From: Myxococcota bacterium
GTDB lineage: Bacteria > Myxococcota_A > SURF-8
Assembly (NCBI GenBank): GCA_963674735.2
Contig: CAXXQS010000002.1
Coordinates: 224,001-288,000, forward strand
Length of the DNA stretch: 64,000 nt
Direction of reading: 5' to 3'
Shown here: positions 1 to 8,490 of the stretch, in pieces
How the letters are laid out: the number at the start of each line of letters is the position of its first letter
Position numbering within the stretch: the stretch's first letter is position 1
Notes under the pieces: generated by a model
Told to the model about the DNA's origin: nothing
The model's database searches: none
What the model saw: only the letters and a program-made list of their open reading frames with translations
Made by a program: the position numbers and the translations under genes

Positions 1-2
1 GC

Positions 3-101
3 CTCAACGAGGATCTCGACTGCCCCACCCTCGTGGAACGCCAGCGTGAGTTGTTCAGCTACGACCCCATGGATGTCGCCGTTCCCCTCGAAGACGACTA
101 G
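3..101 (+). CDS. 3' end of an unidentified gene truncated by the window edge
   Basis: Frame 3 reads LNEDLDCPTLVERQRELFSYDPMDVAVPLEDD* with GC3-rich codons; stop TAG at 99-101. Confidence 0.45.
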   Translation, partial: LNEDLDCPTLVERQRELFSYDPMDVAVPLEDD

Positions 102-414
102 AGCCGGAGCGACGTCAAGGCCTTTCGTATCGCTGATGGCGGCGTGGGATGAATCCTTGCGGCTGACGCGCGGCGGGGAGCCGTGACAGACGCGATGATT
201 CATGGGTGGCATAGTCTCACGGTTGAAAACCGGGAGGCCTCCCGAACGTTCCGTTCGTGAGACTATGGCACACGTTCTTTATCGGGAGGCCTTCATGCCG
301 GAAATGGTTTACGAAATGGCGGACGCATCGGGAGGTTTGACGCGCGGCTTCGTCGTGACCGAACGCACGGGGCAGCCGAGTAATGGCGAAACCCGATTCG
401 CAATATAAAGCATA

Positions 415-449
415 AACGAAAACCGGCCGAAGCGTGTGCCCCGGCCGGT
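415..449 (-). terminator. Rho-independent terminator of ahcY
   Basis: ACCGGCCG/CGGCCGGT stem followed by TTTCGTTT on the minus strand, about 25 bp after the ahcY stop. Confidence 0.7.
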
Positions 450-474
450 GTGCGTGTCGGATTCGGATCGCGGA

Positions 475-1737
475 TCAGGTTCCGGCGGAATAATCGTTCA
501 GGTAGGCGACCTGCTCGGGGGTGAGCTTGTCGATCTTGAAGCCCATGGTGGCGAGCTTCAGACTGGCTACCCGATCGTCCTGCTCTTGCGGGATATCGTG
601 CACGTCGTGGCCCAGTTTCGGACCGTTTTTGGCCAGATACACCATGCTCAGGAACTGGTTGGCGAAACTCATGTCCATCACTTCGGAGGGATGCCCCTCG
701 GCGGCGGCCAGGTTCACCAGACGGCCCTGGGCCAACACGTAAATGCGACGTCCGTTGGGCATCAGGTATTCTTCGTTATTGGGACGAATTTCGCGTTTGG
801 ACTTCGCCACCTGGCCGAGTTCCTTCAGATTGATCTCGCAATCGTAGTGGCCGGTGTTGCTCACCACCGCGCCATCTTTCATGCGCTCGAAATGACGCTT
901 GACGATGACGTCCTTCATGCCGGTGGCGGTGATGAAGATGTCGCCCTCGCGCGCGGCCTGGTCCATTTTCATGACGCGGAAGCCTTCGAGCGTCGCCTTG
1001 AGCGCCTGCACGGCGTCCACTTCGGTGACGATGATGTTGGCCCCGAGGCCCTTGGCGCGCATGGCGCAACCGCGTCCGCAATGACCGTAGCCCGCCACCA
1101 CGAAGGTTTTTCCGGCCAACAGGATATTGGTGGCGCGGATGATGCCGTCGATGGACGACTGCCCGGTGCCGTACACGTTATCGAATTCCCACTTGGTGGC
1201 GGCGTCGTTCACGGCGACCACCGGGTAAAGCAGCTTGCCCGCCGCACCCATGGCCCGCAGACGATGTACGCCGGTGGTGGTTTCTTCCGTTCCACCCAAC
1301 ACGCCCGCCGCCAGCTTGGGATATTTGTTGTGGATGGTGAAAATCAGATCCGCGCCGTCATCGAGAGTAAGCGTGGGTTTGAAATCAAGCGTCCGGTCGA
1401 TGCACCAGTAGAAGTCCTTCACGCTCTGGCCATGCCAGGCATAGACCGCAAAGCCGTCTTTGGCCAGTGCCGCCGCCACGTCATCCTGGGTGCTCAGCGG
1501 GTTGCAGCCGCTCCAGGCGATACGCGCCCCGGCGGCCTTGAGCGTGCGCACCAGAACCGCCGTGTCCTTGGTGACGTGCAGACAACCCGCAATACGCATC
1601 CCCTTCAAGGGTTTGGTCTTGGCATATTTTTCCCGCAACGCCATCATCACCGGCATGCGGGATTCGGCCCATTCGATCTTTTTACGTCCCTGGGGGGCCA
1701 GTTTAAGGTCTGCTACTTTATGGCTTACCTTCGCCAT
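475..1737 (-). CDS. ahcY: Adenosylhomocysteinase (short 420-aa type)
   Basis: Motifs GCLHVT, CNPLSTQD, EETTTG, FDNVYGTGQS, GYGHCGRG, GRLVNLAAAEGHP; GGAGGA RBS. Confidence 0.97.
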   Translation of the reverse strand: MAKVSHKVADLKLAPQGRKKIEWAESRMPVMMALREKYAKTKPLKGMRIAGCLHVTKDTAVLVRTLKAAGARIAWSGCNPLSTQDDVAAALAKDGFAVYAWHGQSVKDFYWCIDRTLDFKPTLTLDDGADLIFTIHNKYPKLAAGVLGGTEETTTGVHRLRAMGAAGKLLYPVVAVNDAATKWEFDNVYGTGQSSIDGIIRATNILLAGKTFVVAGYGHCGRGCAMRAKGLGANIIVTEVDAVQALKATLEGFRVMKMDQAAREGDIFITATGMKDVIVKRHFERMKDGAVVSNTGHYDCEINLKELGQVAKSKREIRPNNEEYLMPNGRRIYVLAQGRLVNLAAAEGHPSEVMDMSFANQFLSMVYLAKNGPKLGHDVHDIPQEQDDRVASLKLATMGFKIDKLTPEQVAYLNDYSAGT

Positions 1738-1854
1738 TGTTCCTCCTCCAATCGCTCTACGCTGGTGGTCCTAAGAAGTGATGGCCGGATCCGCTGGGCC
1801 GGACCGCTCCCAATCGAGGCACAGATACCCGTCCGGGGCCGAAAAATTAAAAAA

Positions 1855-2028
1855 AGGCCCGCCATAGCCGTGTGGTCGCAGTAACTTTAGCCCGTTCGAA
1901 CTAGGTGGGTCCAACTGTGACGTTTCAGGCTGCCCTTGCGGGTCTGCTCACGACGCCAGGAAGCCGGTCCCGGGCTTTATGCTATCGAGCGTTAGTTCAA
2001 TCTGCCCATCACGAACCAAGCAGGCTTT
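1855..2028 (-). ncRNA. ssrS: Probable 6S RNA
   Basis: About 174 nt. The 5' end (AAAGCCTGCTTGGTTCGTG) pairs with the 3' end (CACACGGCTATGGCGGGCCT). It contains 6S-typical TTGAAC and CCCACCT segments, has its own sigma70 promoter and ends in a U-run. Confidence 0.78.
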
Positions 2029-2033
2029 CTCCA

Positions 2034-2062
2034 ATAGTAGCGGCTCCACCTCCCGGCGTCAA
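2034..2062 (-). promoter_or_regulatory. sigma70 promoter of the 6S RNA
   Basis: TTGACG(2062-2057)-N17-TACTAT(2039-2034); predicted start near 2027 matches the RNA 5' end. Confidence 0.75.
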
Positions 2063-2113
2063 GGGTTTTGGCATCGCCCGAATCGGGGGATTGCCGCTTT
2101 TCGTTTTTTCACG

Positions 2114-2138
2114 AAAAGGGCCCGCTGGAAAGCGGGCC
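2114..2138 (-). terminator. Rho-independent terminator
   Basis: GGCCCGCT-N4-AGCGGGCC stem followed by CTTTT, downstream of CDS 2175-3275. Confidence 0.65.
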
Positions 2139-2174
2139 GTGAGCAGAAAAAGTGAGGATGTTGAGGAGGGTGAG

Positions 2175-3275
2175 TTACTGGAGAGCCTCGTAAAATGCAT
2201 CCGACATCAGTAAGTGACGAATCAGCATCGCATGTCCCTGGTGTTGCTTACCCGCACGGCGACCGAAACCCTTCGCGCCATCCGGATCCCCCGCACCCAT
2301 ACCTTGTCCCAGCCCCATACCTTGTCCCGGCCCCATACCTTGCCCCGGACCCATGCCACGCCCCGGTCCCATACCCGGTCCCGGACCCATACCTTGCCCC
2401 GGACCCATGCCACGCCCCGGTCCCATACCCGGTCCCGGACCCATACCTTGCCCCGGACCCATGCCACGCCCCGGCTTCATACCGCGACCCGGACCTTTTT
2501 CGCAGCGAGCCTGCATGCGGTCGAGCAACACCGCCGGAATATTGGCCGCCAATTCACTGCGTTTTGCGAGGTACTCCTTTTCAGGCATCGCGCGAATGTT
2601 TTTTATCATCTCGACGAATTGCTCACGCTGCCGGTTTCCCATCTGCGCTTTACGACCGCGACCCTTTTTCCCTTTCTGGCCTCGTCCCCGCTCGATGAAA
2701 CGGTCGATGGCGAAATCGGGAGCGCCGCGCAACTGGTCGATCAGGTCCAAGGCATCTCCCGAACAACCCAGTTGCTGGAAAAGCTTGGAGCTGCCCCCGA
2801 TAACCGTCGCCATCGGGTCAAAGGCGCGCAACCGATCGACCTGCGCTCCGGTAAAGCTTTTCAACAGCCGATCGAAGGTGTCGTCGATGGACTTCTTATA
2901 GCCATGCATATTGCCGATATGAACGCCGAAAGCCTCTTGATCGGTCTCACTGGCCTCGGCCGGTTCGCGTCCGGCCTTGATGTCGCTCAGCACGGCATTC
3001 AACCGGGATTTTTCGGTTTCCTGCCACTTTTTCATTTCGGTCTCGATTTGGACTTCGATTTTGCGGATGTCGTCGATCAAAGCACGCATTTCTTTTTTCT
3101 GATCGGCACTGAGATCCAGCTCCCGAACCAACAAAGTCGCGGCCACCTCCTGCCGCAAATCCATCAATTCATCGTTTTTCAGGTTTCGCCACGGCTGCGC
3201 ATAGGCAGAGACCTCCAGCATGAGTGCGAACGCCAAAAACAAGCCCATTATCGATAAAGTAAATCTCTTCAACAT
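2175..3275 (-). CDS. Exported helical protein with Gly-Pro-Met hexapeptide repeats; weak Spy/CpxP-like character
   Basis: Sec signal peptide ending AYA; LSADQKKEM segment; AGGAGG RBS; C-terminal GPGxGM array. Confidence 0.8.
   Translation of the reverse strand: MLKRFTLSIMGLFLAFALMLEVSAYAQPWRNLKNDELMDLRQEVAATLLVRELDLSADQKKEMRALIDDIRKIEVQIETEMKKWQETEKSRLNAVLSDIKAGREPAEASETDQEAFGVHIGNMHGYKKSIDDTFDRLLKSFTGAQVDRLRAFDPMATVIGGSSKLFQQLGCSGDALDLIDQLRGAPDFAIDRFIERGRGQKGKKGRGRKAQMGNRQREQFVEMIKNIRAMPEKEYLAKRSELAANIPAVLLDRMQARCEKGPGRGMKPGRGMGPGQGMGPGPGMGPGRGMGPGQGMGPGPGMGPGRGMGPGQGMGPGQGMGLGQGMGAGDPDGAKGFGRRAGKQHQGHAMLIRHLLMSDAFYEALQ
2298..2495 (-). repeat. In-frame 18-bp tandem repeat, 11 units (GPG[R/Q/P]GM), with a 54-bp higher-order period
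   Basis: Seen directly in DNA and translation. Confidence 0.95.
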
Positions 3276-3377
3276 GTTAAGCCTCCTAACGAAGGGGTTT
3301 CGATTTCGTTTCCTTCTGCCTCAAAGACGCCCAAAGCGAAAGAATGTTACAAAAATCAAAATGTGTTCGCTTTTTTC

Positions 3378-3405
3378 TTGACTTCCCCTACGCTTTCCGT
3401 AAAAT
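3378..3405 (+). promoter_or_regulatory. sigma70 promoter of the tRNA pair
   Basis: TTGACT-N16-TAAAAT about 20 bp upstream of tRNA-Val. Confidence 0.65.
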
Positions 3406-3426
3406 CACGACTCGCTATTCGGCTCC

Positions 3427-3502
3427 AGGCGGGTAGCTCAGCGGTTAGAGCACCGGCCTTACAAGCCGGGGGTCCGCGGTTCAAATCCGCGTCCGCCTAC
3501 CA
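3427..3502 (+). tRNA. tRNA-Val (TAC)
   Basis: AGGCGGG/TCCGCCT acceptor stem, anticodon arm CCGGC-CTTACAA-GCCGG, GGTTCAAATCC T arm, encoded CCA. Confidence 0.97.
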
Positions 3503-3543
3503 AGCCTTTTCGAGTCGAGCGGTCAGTGGTTCTTTTCAAATAC

Positions 3544-3620
3544 GGGGTGGTAGTTAAGTTGGTTATAACGCCGGCCTGTCAAGCCGGAGGCCGGGGGTTC
3601 GAGTCCCCTCCACCCCGCCA
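3544..3620 (+). tRNA. tRNA-Asp (GTC)
   Basis: GGGGTGG/CCACCCC acceptor stem, anticodon arm CCGGC-CTGTCAA-GCCGG, GTTCGAGTC T loop, encoded CCA. Confidence 0.97.
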
Positions 3621-3632
3621 CTTTTTCAGCGC

Positions 3633-3661
3633 AATCCCCCGGGAATTCCCGGGGGATTTTA
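3633..3661 (+). terminator. Hairpin/terminator after tRNA-Asp
   Basis: Perfect 26-bp palindrome AATCCCCCGGGAATTCCCGGGGGATT followed by T. Confidence 0.65.
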
Positions 3662-3738
3662 AGTATTTATGGTCTTGGGGGGTTTGGGTCATCTATCCAT
3701 TTCCGTTTTTGTGCCGCTATTGTGCCGTAAACCTGCAT

Positions 3739-3930
3739 TTACTTCACCGCCCGCAGCCTTGAAACGACCTCATCCAGGCGTTCCACGGCTCGTCTCGTCA
3801 ATTCGTCGGATGTGTGCGCATAGCGCTCCGTCATCGTGATAGAGGCATGCCCAAGCAGTTCCTGAATGGTCCTCAGATGGACACCCTCTATAGAGGTCAA
3901 GCTGGCCTCGCAACTCTCAACGAGCCAGCC
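3739..3930 (-). pseudogene. C-terminal remnant of a tyrosine recombinase/integrase
   Basis: GVHLRTIQELLGHASITMTERYAH is box II with the catalytic Tyr; no upstream HxxR motif or N-terminal domain; oriented toward the tRNA-Asp 3' end. Confidence 0.85.
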
Positions 3931-4156
3931 ATTCCGCACTCCCGACAGATGATTATTTATTCTGTATTTACAGAGCGTTGAATCCCCTCCTCCATGCGGC
4001 CACTCACAAAATCGAGCCGTTGCGGTAACGCGCCGGTTCGAACACGCCTCTTTGAAAAAGGAGGGGCCGCGCATAGTAAGACATAAAGTAACAAAGGAAT
4101 TTACCGATAATCTTAGTTGTAGTGCAGTTAATTCCGAATCTTGAATTGGATGCAAC

Positions 4157-7100
4157 ATGATCGACTCAAAGCGCCATAAAGATACGTCCTACAAAGCCGT
4201 GTGGAATTGGTTCCGATATTTCATCAAATACTTCATCCCCGGCATGATCTTGGTTTCCCTTTTCCTCTACCTGGCGTTTTTCGTTCTTTTTCCACTTATC
4301 GAATCGACCAGCATCCAAAAAAAGCGCGAGATGATTCAAAATCAGGTTTCAATCGTTTATTCGATCGTGAATCATTACCACACGCGTTCCCAACAGGGGA
4401 AATTAAGCGAAGAAGAAGCGAAAAAAACGGCGATGGAGACGGTTCGAGTTCTTCGTTATGGGGCTGACAAGCGTGACTATTTTTGGATCAACGACATGAA
4501 CGGCGTCATGTTGATGCATCCCTACCGACCAAACCTCGAAAACCGGAACCTCCTTGAAATGCAGGACAAGGGCGGTAAAAAGCTATTCCGTGAATTCGTA
4601 AATGTGGCAAAAATGAAGGGAGATGGCTTCGTTGATTATTATTGGCAACACAACGACGATGCCAGCTTCATAACGAAAAAAATCTCTTATATCAGCCGAT
4701 TTGAGCCCTGGGACTGGGTTATCGGGACCGGGGTTTACATCGAGGATGTCAAAGCCGAATTGTCTATTTTAACATCCAAAATATTGAGCTACCTGTATTT
4801 CAGCATCTTTATGACGATAGCGATTTCACTATTCACAAGCATCCAAACGCTGCGATTACAGAAAAGGCGCGACGAGTATCAAGAACAAATTATCGAAATG
4901 GAACAATGGTACCGCGCCATTCTCCTCCACATCGATGAAGGAATCGTAGTCTGCAATCTTTCCGAACAGATTCTATTTATGAACGCCAAAGCAAAATCCC
5001 TCCTCGGTGTCAACGAGCAAGACACAGGCGACAAGAAATTGAACGATCTCTTCTCGATAACGACTAACGAGGGCGATAAGACGGTGGTTTTGCCGGTCGG
5101 CGAAATGAAAACGGTCGAACGAAAATACATCGTAGCTCGTCGAAAAACGAGCCGTGGCGATTTGAGTTACCTCGCGTTCAACCTGGCTCGATTGGACGCC
5201 GACCTTTTCGGTACGGAAATGGTCATCATTGCCATAAGCAACGTCACAAATCAAACGAGTGTAATGCTTGAAACGGAGGAATATGCAAAGCAATTGGATT
5301 CCATCATCGAATCCAGAACGGAACAGCTGGTTAAAGCCAACAACGACCTGAAGCTTGCCCAGCTTGCCATCAATTCCGCCGCAGACGGCATTTCATTCAT
5401 CGATGCCACAGGAAGCGTCATTTCCGCCAACGACGCCGAAGAAACCATTTTAGGGATCCCAACCGAAACGATCGTGGGTTCGATACATCCCGCGATTCAA
5501 CAGGCCCTCTCCACAGAGGAAAGTATCGCGTCCAGCCTATCCAATAGCAGCGTATGGCGAGGATCGATCACATACAAACAAAAAGACAAGGAAGACAAGC
5601 CGCTGGAACTGACCCTGACCCCGATTCCGAAACGAATCGGGGATCGGCAGACCTTCATGCTCATCGAAAAAGACGTTACCGAAAAGCGCCGGCAGGAGGA
5701 ATCGCTTTACAGACTAAAGGCCGCCTTCGAACAATCGCTGGACGGAGTAGCCATATTGGATATGGAAATGAAAATACTGTTCGCCAATCAAGCGTGGGCC
5801 GTCCTCCATAACCAACAATCCGACTCCCTCATCGGTCAAGATTACCGGAGCTTTCATACCGACGAAGAAAATGAATCGGAGATGTGCGTCTTTTTTGATG
5901 AATTGCACAAAAAGGGAAATGCAACCGGGGAAATCACCCTCCGGGGCCAGGATGGTCACGATATACCGACAAGCAGCACCGCCACCATTATCTATAACTC
6001 AGAAATGAAACCCAGCGCCATACTGGTTATCACAAAAGACGTGCGAGAACAAAAAGAATACGAAGCGGCCCTTAAACAATCCGAATTGAAATTTCGAAGC
6101 TTATTCGACTACTCCAGCGACGCTATTTTTATCCTTGAAGATGGGCAGATCGTTGATTGTAACAATAAATCCTTGGAAATGTTTCGAGTCGATTCCCATG
6201 AAAGTATGCTCGAATATTCCGTAGAAGATCTATCCTTCCCCTATCAGATTGGAGAAGAACCGGCATCCATTAAAAAGACTGAACATATCGAAGCGGCCAT
6301 TCGGAATGGAAACGAAAGCTTTGAGTGGTCTCACCGTCGGACAAACGGAGAAGTTTTTCAAGCCGATGTCCATTTGAGCCCTATTCGGATCGGCGATCGA
6401 GTTTTTGTCCAGGGAGTCATTCGTGATTTGACGGAAAAACACCGGATGGAAATGGAGCTGCGGCAGGCTCAGAAGCTCGAATCCATCGGTCAGCTTGCAG
6501 CCGGAATCGCGCACGAGATCAACACGCCGATTCAATTCATCGGCGATAGCATCTTTTACCTCGAAGATGCATGTAAGGATGTAACAAACCTGGTCGCGAG
6601 ATATAAAGGCCTTCTGGGAAATGTTGACGACGCAGAAGAAAGAAAAGCCATACGGGAGCTTGAAGAAGAAATCGATGAAGACTGCGATCTGGAATTTCAT
6701 ACCGAAGAAACGCCGAATGCGTTTGAGCGTATCAAACGCGGGACCGACCGTGTCACGGCCATCGTTCGAGCTATGAAAGAGTTCGCGCACCCCGATTCTT
6801 CCGAAATGGAATTTTCCGACCTCAATCGTCTCATCGAAACGACAGTGACGGTCGCTACAAACGAGTTTAAATACGTGGCGGAATTGAAACTCGAACTCAA
6901 CGAGGTCCCGCAGGTCTACTGTCATCGCGGAGAAATCAACCAGGTGTTGATCAACCTCATTGTCAATGCAGCGCATAGTATCAAAGACAAGAGTGAAACA
7001 TCCGATGGGATGGGGCTCATCAGGATCCGCACGGAAGAGATCGACGGTTTCGTGCAAGTCTTAATTTCAGACACGGGAATGGGAATCCCGGAAGGAATCC

Positions 7101-7279
7101 AGGAACGTATTTTCGATCCGTTTTTCACCACCAAGAAAGTGGGCGTGGGAAGCGGTCAGGGGTTGGCGATCAGTCGAAACCTCATCGTTGAAAAGCACAA
7201 AGGGAAGCTTTTTTTCACAACCAAGAAGAACGAAGGAACCACATTCCACATTCATCTCCCGTTGGAGAAATCACCATGA
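4157..7279 (+). CDS. Membrane sensor histidine kinase (single Cache_2, about 4 PAS, HisKA, HATPase)
   Basis: TM-Cache (YFWIND, MLMHP, WDWVIGTGVY)-TM; PAS repeats; H-box LAAGIAHEINTP; NLIVNA, DTGMG, FDPFFTTK, GSGQGL. Confidence 0.95.
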   Translation: MIDSKRHKDTSYKAVWNWFRYFIKYFIPGMILVSLFLYLAFFVLFPLIESTSIQKKREMIQNQVSIVYSIVNHYHTRSQQGKLSEEEAKKTAMETVRVLRYGADKRDYFWINDMNGVMLMHPYRPNLENRNLLEMQDKGGKKLFREFVNVAKMKGDGFVDYYWQHNDDASFITKKISYISRFEPWDWVIGTGVYIEDVKAELSILTSKILSYLYFSIFMTIAISLFTSIQTLRLQKRRDEYQEQIIEMEQWYRAILLHIDEGIVVCNLSEQILFMNAKAKSLLGVNEQDTGDKKLNDLFSITTNEGDKTVVLPVGEMKTVERKYIVARRKTSRGDLSYLAFNLARLDADLFGTEMVIIAISNVTNQTSVMLETEEYAKQLDSIIESRTEQLVKANNDLKLAQLAINSAADGISFIDATGSVISANDAEETILGIPTETIVGSIHPAIQQALSTEESIASSLSNSSVWRGSITYKQKDKEDKPLELTLTPIPKRIGDRQTFMLIEKDVTEKRRQEESLYRLKAAFEQSLDGVAILDMEMKILFANQAWAVLHNQQSDSLIGQDYRSFHTDEENESEMCVFFDELHKKGNATGEITLRGQDGHDIPTSSTATIIYNSEMKPSAILVITKDVREQKEYEAALKQSELKFRSLFDYSSDAIFILEDGQIVDCNNKSLEMFRVDSHESMLEYSVEDLSFPYQIGEEPASIKKTEHIEAAIRNGNESFEWSHRRTNGEVFQADVHLSPIRIGDRVFVQGVIRDLTEKHRMEMELRQAQKLESIGQLAAGIAHEINTPIQFIGDSIFYLEDACKDVTNLVARYKGLLGNVDDAEERKAIRELEEEIDEDCDLEFHTEETPNAFERIKRGTDRVTAIVRAMKEFAHPDSSEMEFSDLNRLIETTVTVATNEFKYVAELKLELNEVPQVYCHRGEINQVLINLIVNAAHSIKDKSETSDGMGLIRIRTEEIDGFVQVLISDTGMGIPEGIQERIFDPFFTTKKVGVGSGQGLAISRNLIVEKHKGKLFFTTKKNEGTTFHIHLPLEKSP

Positions 7280-8490
7280 CGGAAAAGCCGCAGATCCTTT
7301 TTGTTGATGACGAAAAGGGAATTCTGGATAGTATCAAAGTCGTTTTACGCAAATACCGGAAAATTTGGGAAGTTTTACTGGCTTCCAGCATGGAGGAAGC
7401 GCTGGAAATCGTTGAATCGAATAACATCGATATTCTCATTTCCGATTTCCGTATGCCGGGAAAATCCGGACTCGATCTTCTTGAACTGATACGGAAAGAT
7501 CATCCGAATATTATTCGTATCATTCTTACGGGACAAATAGAGACGGAACAAACCATCAGGTCCATCTCCACCGCGCAGCAATTTATCAGCAAGCCAATCC
7601 GCTCCGACGAGCTCACCTCGATCCTCGAACGTAATGTCGCGTTACTTAAGTACGTTGACAATCCTTATCTGAAAAAATCGATCGGGTTTATCGGAAATCT
7701 ACCATCCAAGACAAGCACCTACAACAAATTAACATATCTGCTTGGAAAACCGACGGCCACGATAACGGATATGGCTTCCGTCGTTGAACACGATCTGGCC
7801 ATAACGGCCAAAATCCTGCAAATTATCAACTCCTCCTTTTTCGGTTTGGTCAAAGAAGTCACCAATATCAAAACGGCCGTTACACTTCTTGGAGAAAATG
7901 TTCTTCGCAGTATCGTTCTCAGCGAAGAAGTGAAGAAAGTCCTCGGTACGGAGAAATTTCCAGACGGCTGGTCGATGAATGCGCTGCATGAGCACAGTAT
8001 AAGATCGGCGATTATGGCTTCTAAAATTGCCCGAACCCCTGCTGAAAAAGAACAGGCTTTCATTTCAGGTTTCTTGCACGATTTCGGCATTCTTATCATC
8101 GCCTGCAAGTTCCCGGACTTGTTCAAAGAGCATGACCAATTATCGAAAAAGCGCTCCTGTCCGATAAGCGATGTTGAATACGAAAAATTCGGAATATCGC
8201 ATGCCGAGATCGGCGCTTACATGTTGGGACTTTGGGGACTGCCCTTTGATATTATCGAAGCCATTGCTCACCACCACACCATCATGAACTACCCGATGGA
8301 AGAGCTAGGCCTGGTCGATTTGGTCTTTTTGGCGGATATCGCATCCAAAGTTTCTGCCGATGATCCCGGTTGGGAAAACGTTTTTGATGAGCGGTACGAA
8401 GAACGATTGAAAAAGCTATCGAATAAGGACGAAGCAATTATCGCAATTGATAAGCTTAAAAGCATCATCAGCCATGGAGTTTCCGAATGA
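7276..8490 (+). CDS. Response regulator, REC + HDOD
   Basis: VDDE/SDFRMP receiver; HDOD motifs DLAITAKILQIINSSFF, LHDFG, WGLP; ATGA overlap with the kinase. Confidence 0.92.
   Translation: MTEKPQILFVDDEKGILDSIKVVLRKYRKIWEVLLASSMEEALEIVESNNIDILISDFRMPGKSGLDLLELIRKDHPNIIRIILTGQIETEQTIRSISTAQQFISKPIRSDELTSILERNVALLKYVDNPYLKKSIGFIGNLPSKTSTYNKLTYLLGKPTATITDMASVVEHDLAITAKILQIINSSFFGLVKEVTNIKTAVTLLGENVLRSIVLSEEVKKVLGTEKFPDGWSMNALHEHSIRSAIMASKIARTPAEKEQAFISGFLHDFGILIIACKFPDLFKEHDQLSKKRSCPISDVEYEKFGISHAEIGAYMLGLWGLPFDIIEAIAHHHTIMNYPMEELGLVDLVFLADIASKVSADDPGWENVFDERYEERLKKLSNKDEAIIAIDKLKSIISHGVSE

Noticed and set aside
1738-1855. SAH or SAM riboswitch upstream of ahcY
   Set aside because: No match to the consensus cores I can recall; the structured element further upstream fits 6S RNA better.
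436-1884. 482-aa plus-strand ORF, and similar long antisense ORFs at 20349-22931, 44752-46002, 50584-51798 and 53940-54992
   Set aside because: Shadow frames opposite well-conserved genes, expected from GC-rich codon bias; no protein motifs.
3739-4158. Intact 139-aa integrase
   Set aside because: Only the last 50-65 codons resemble an integrase; the other catalytic motifs are missing.
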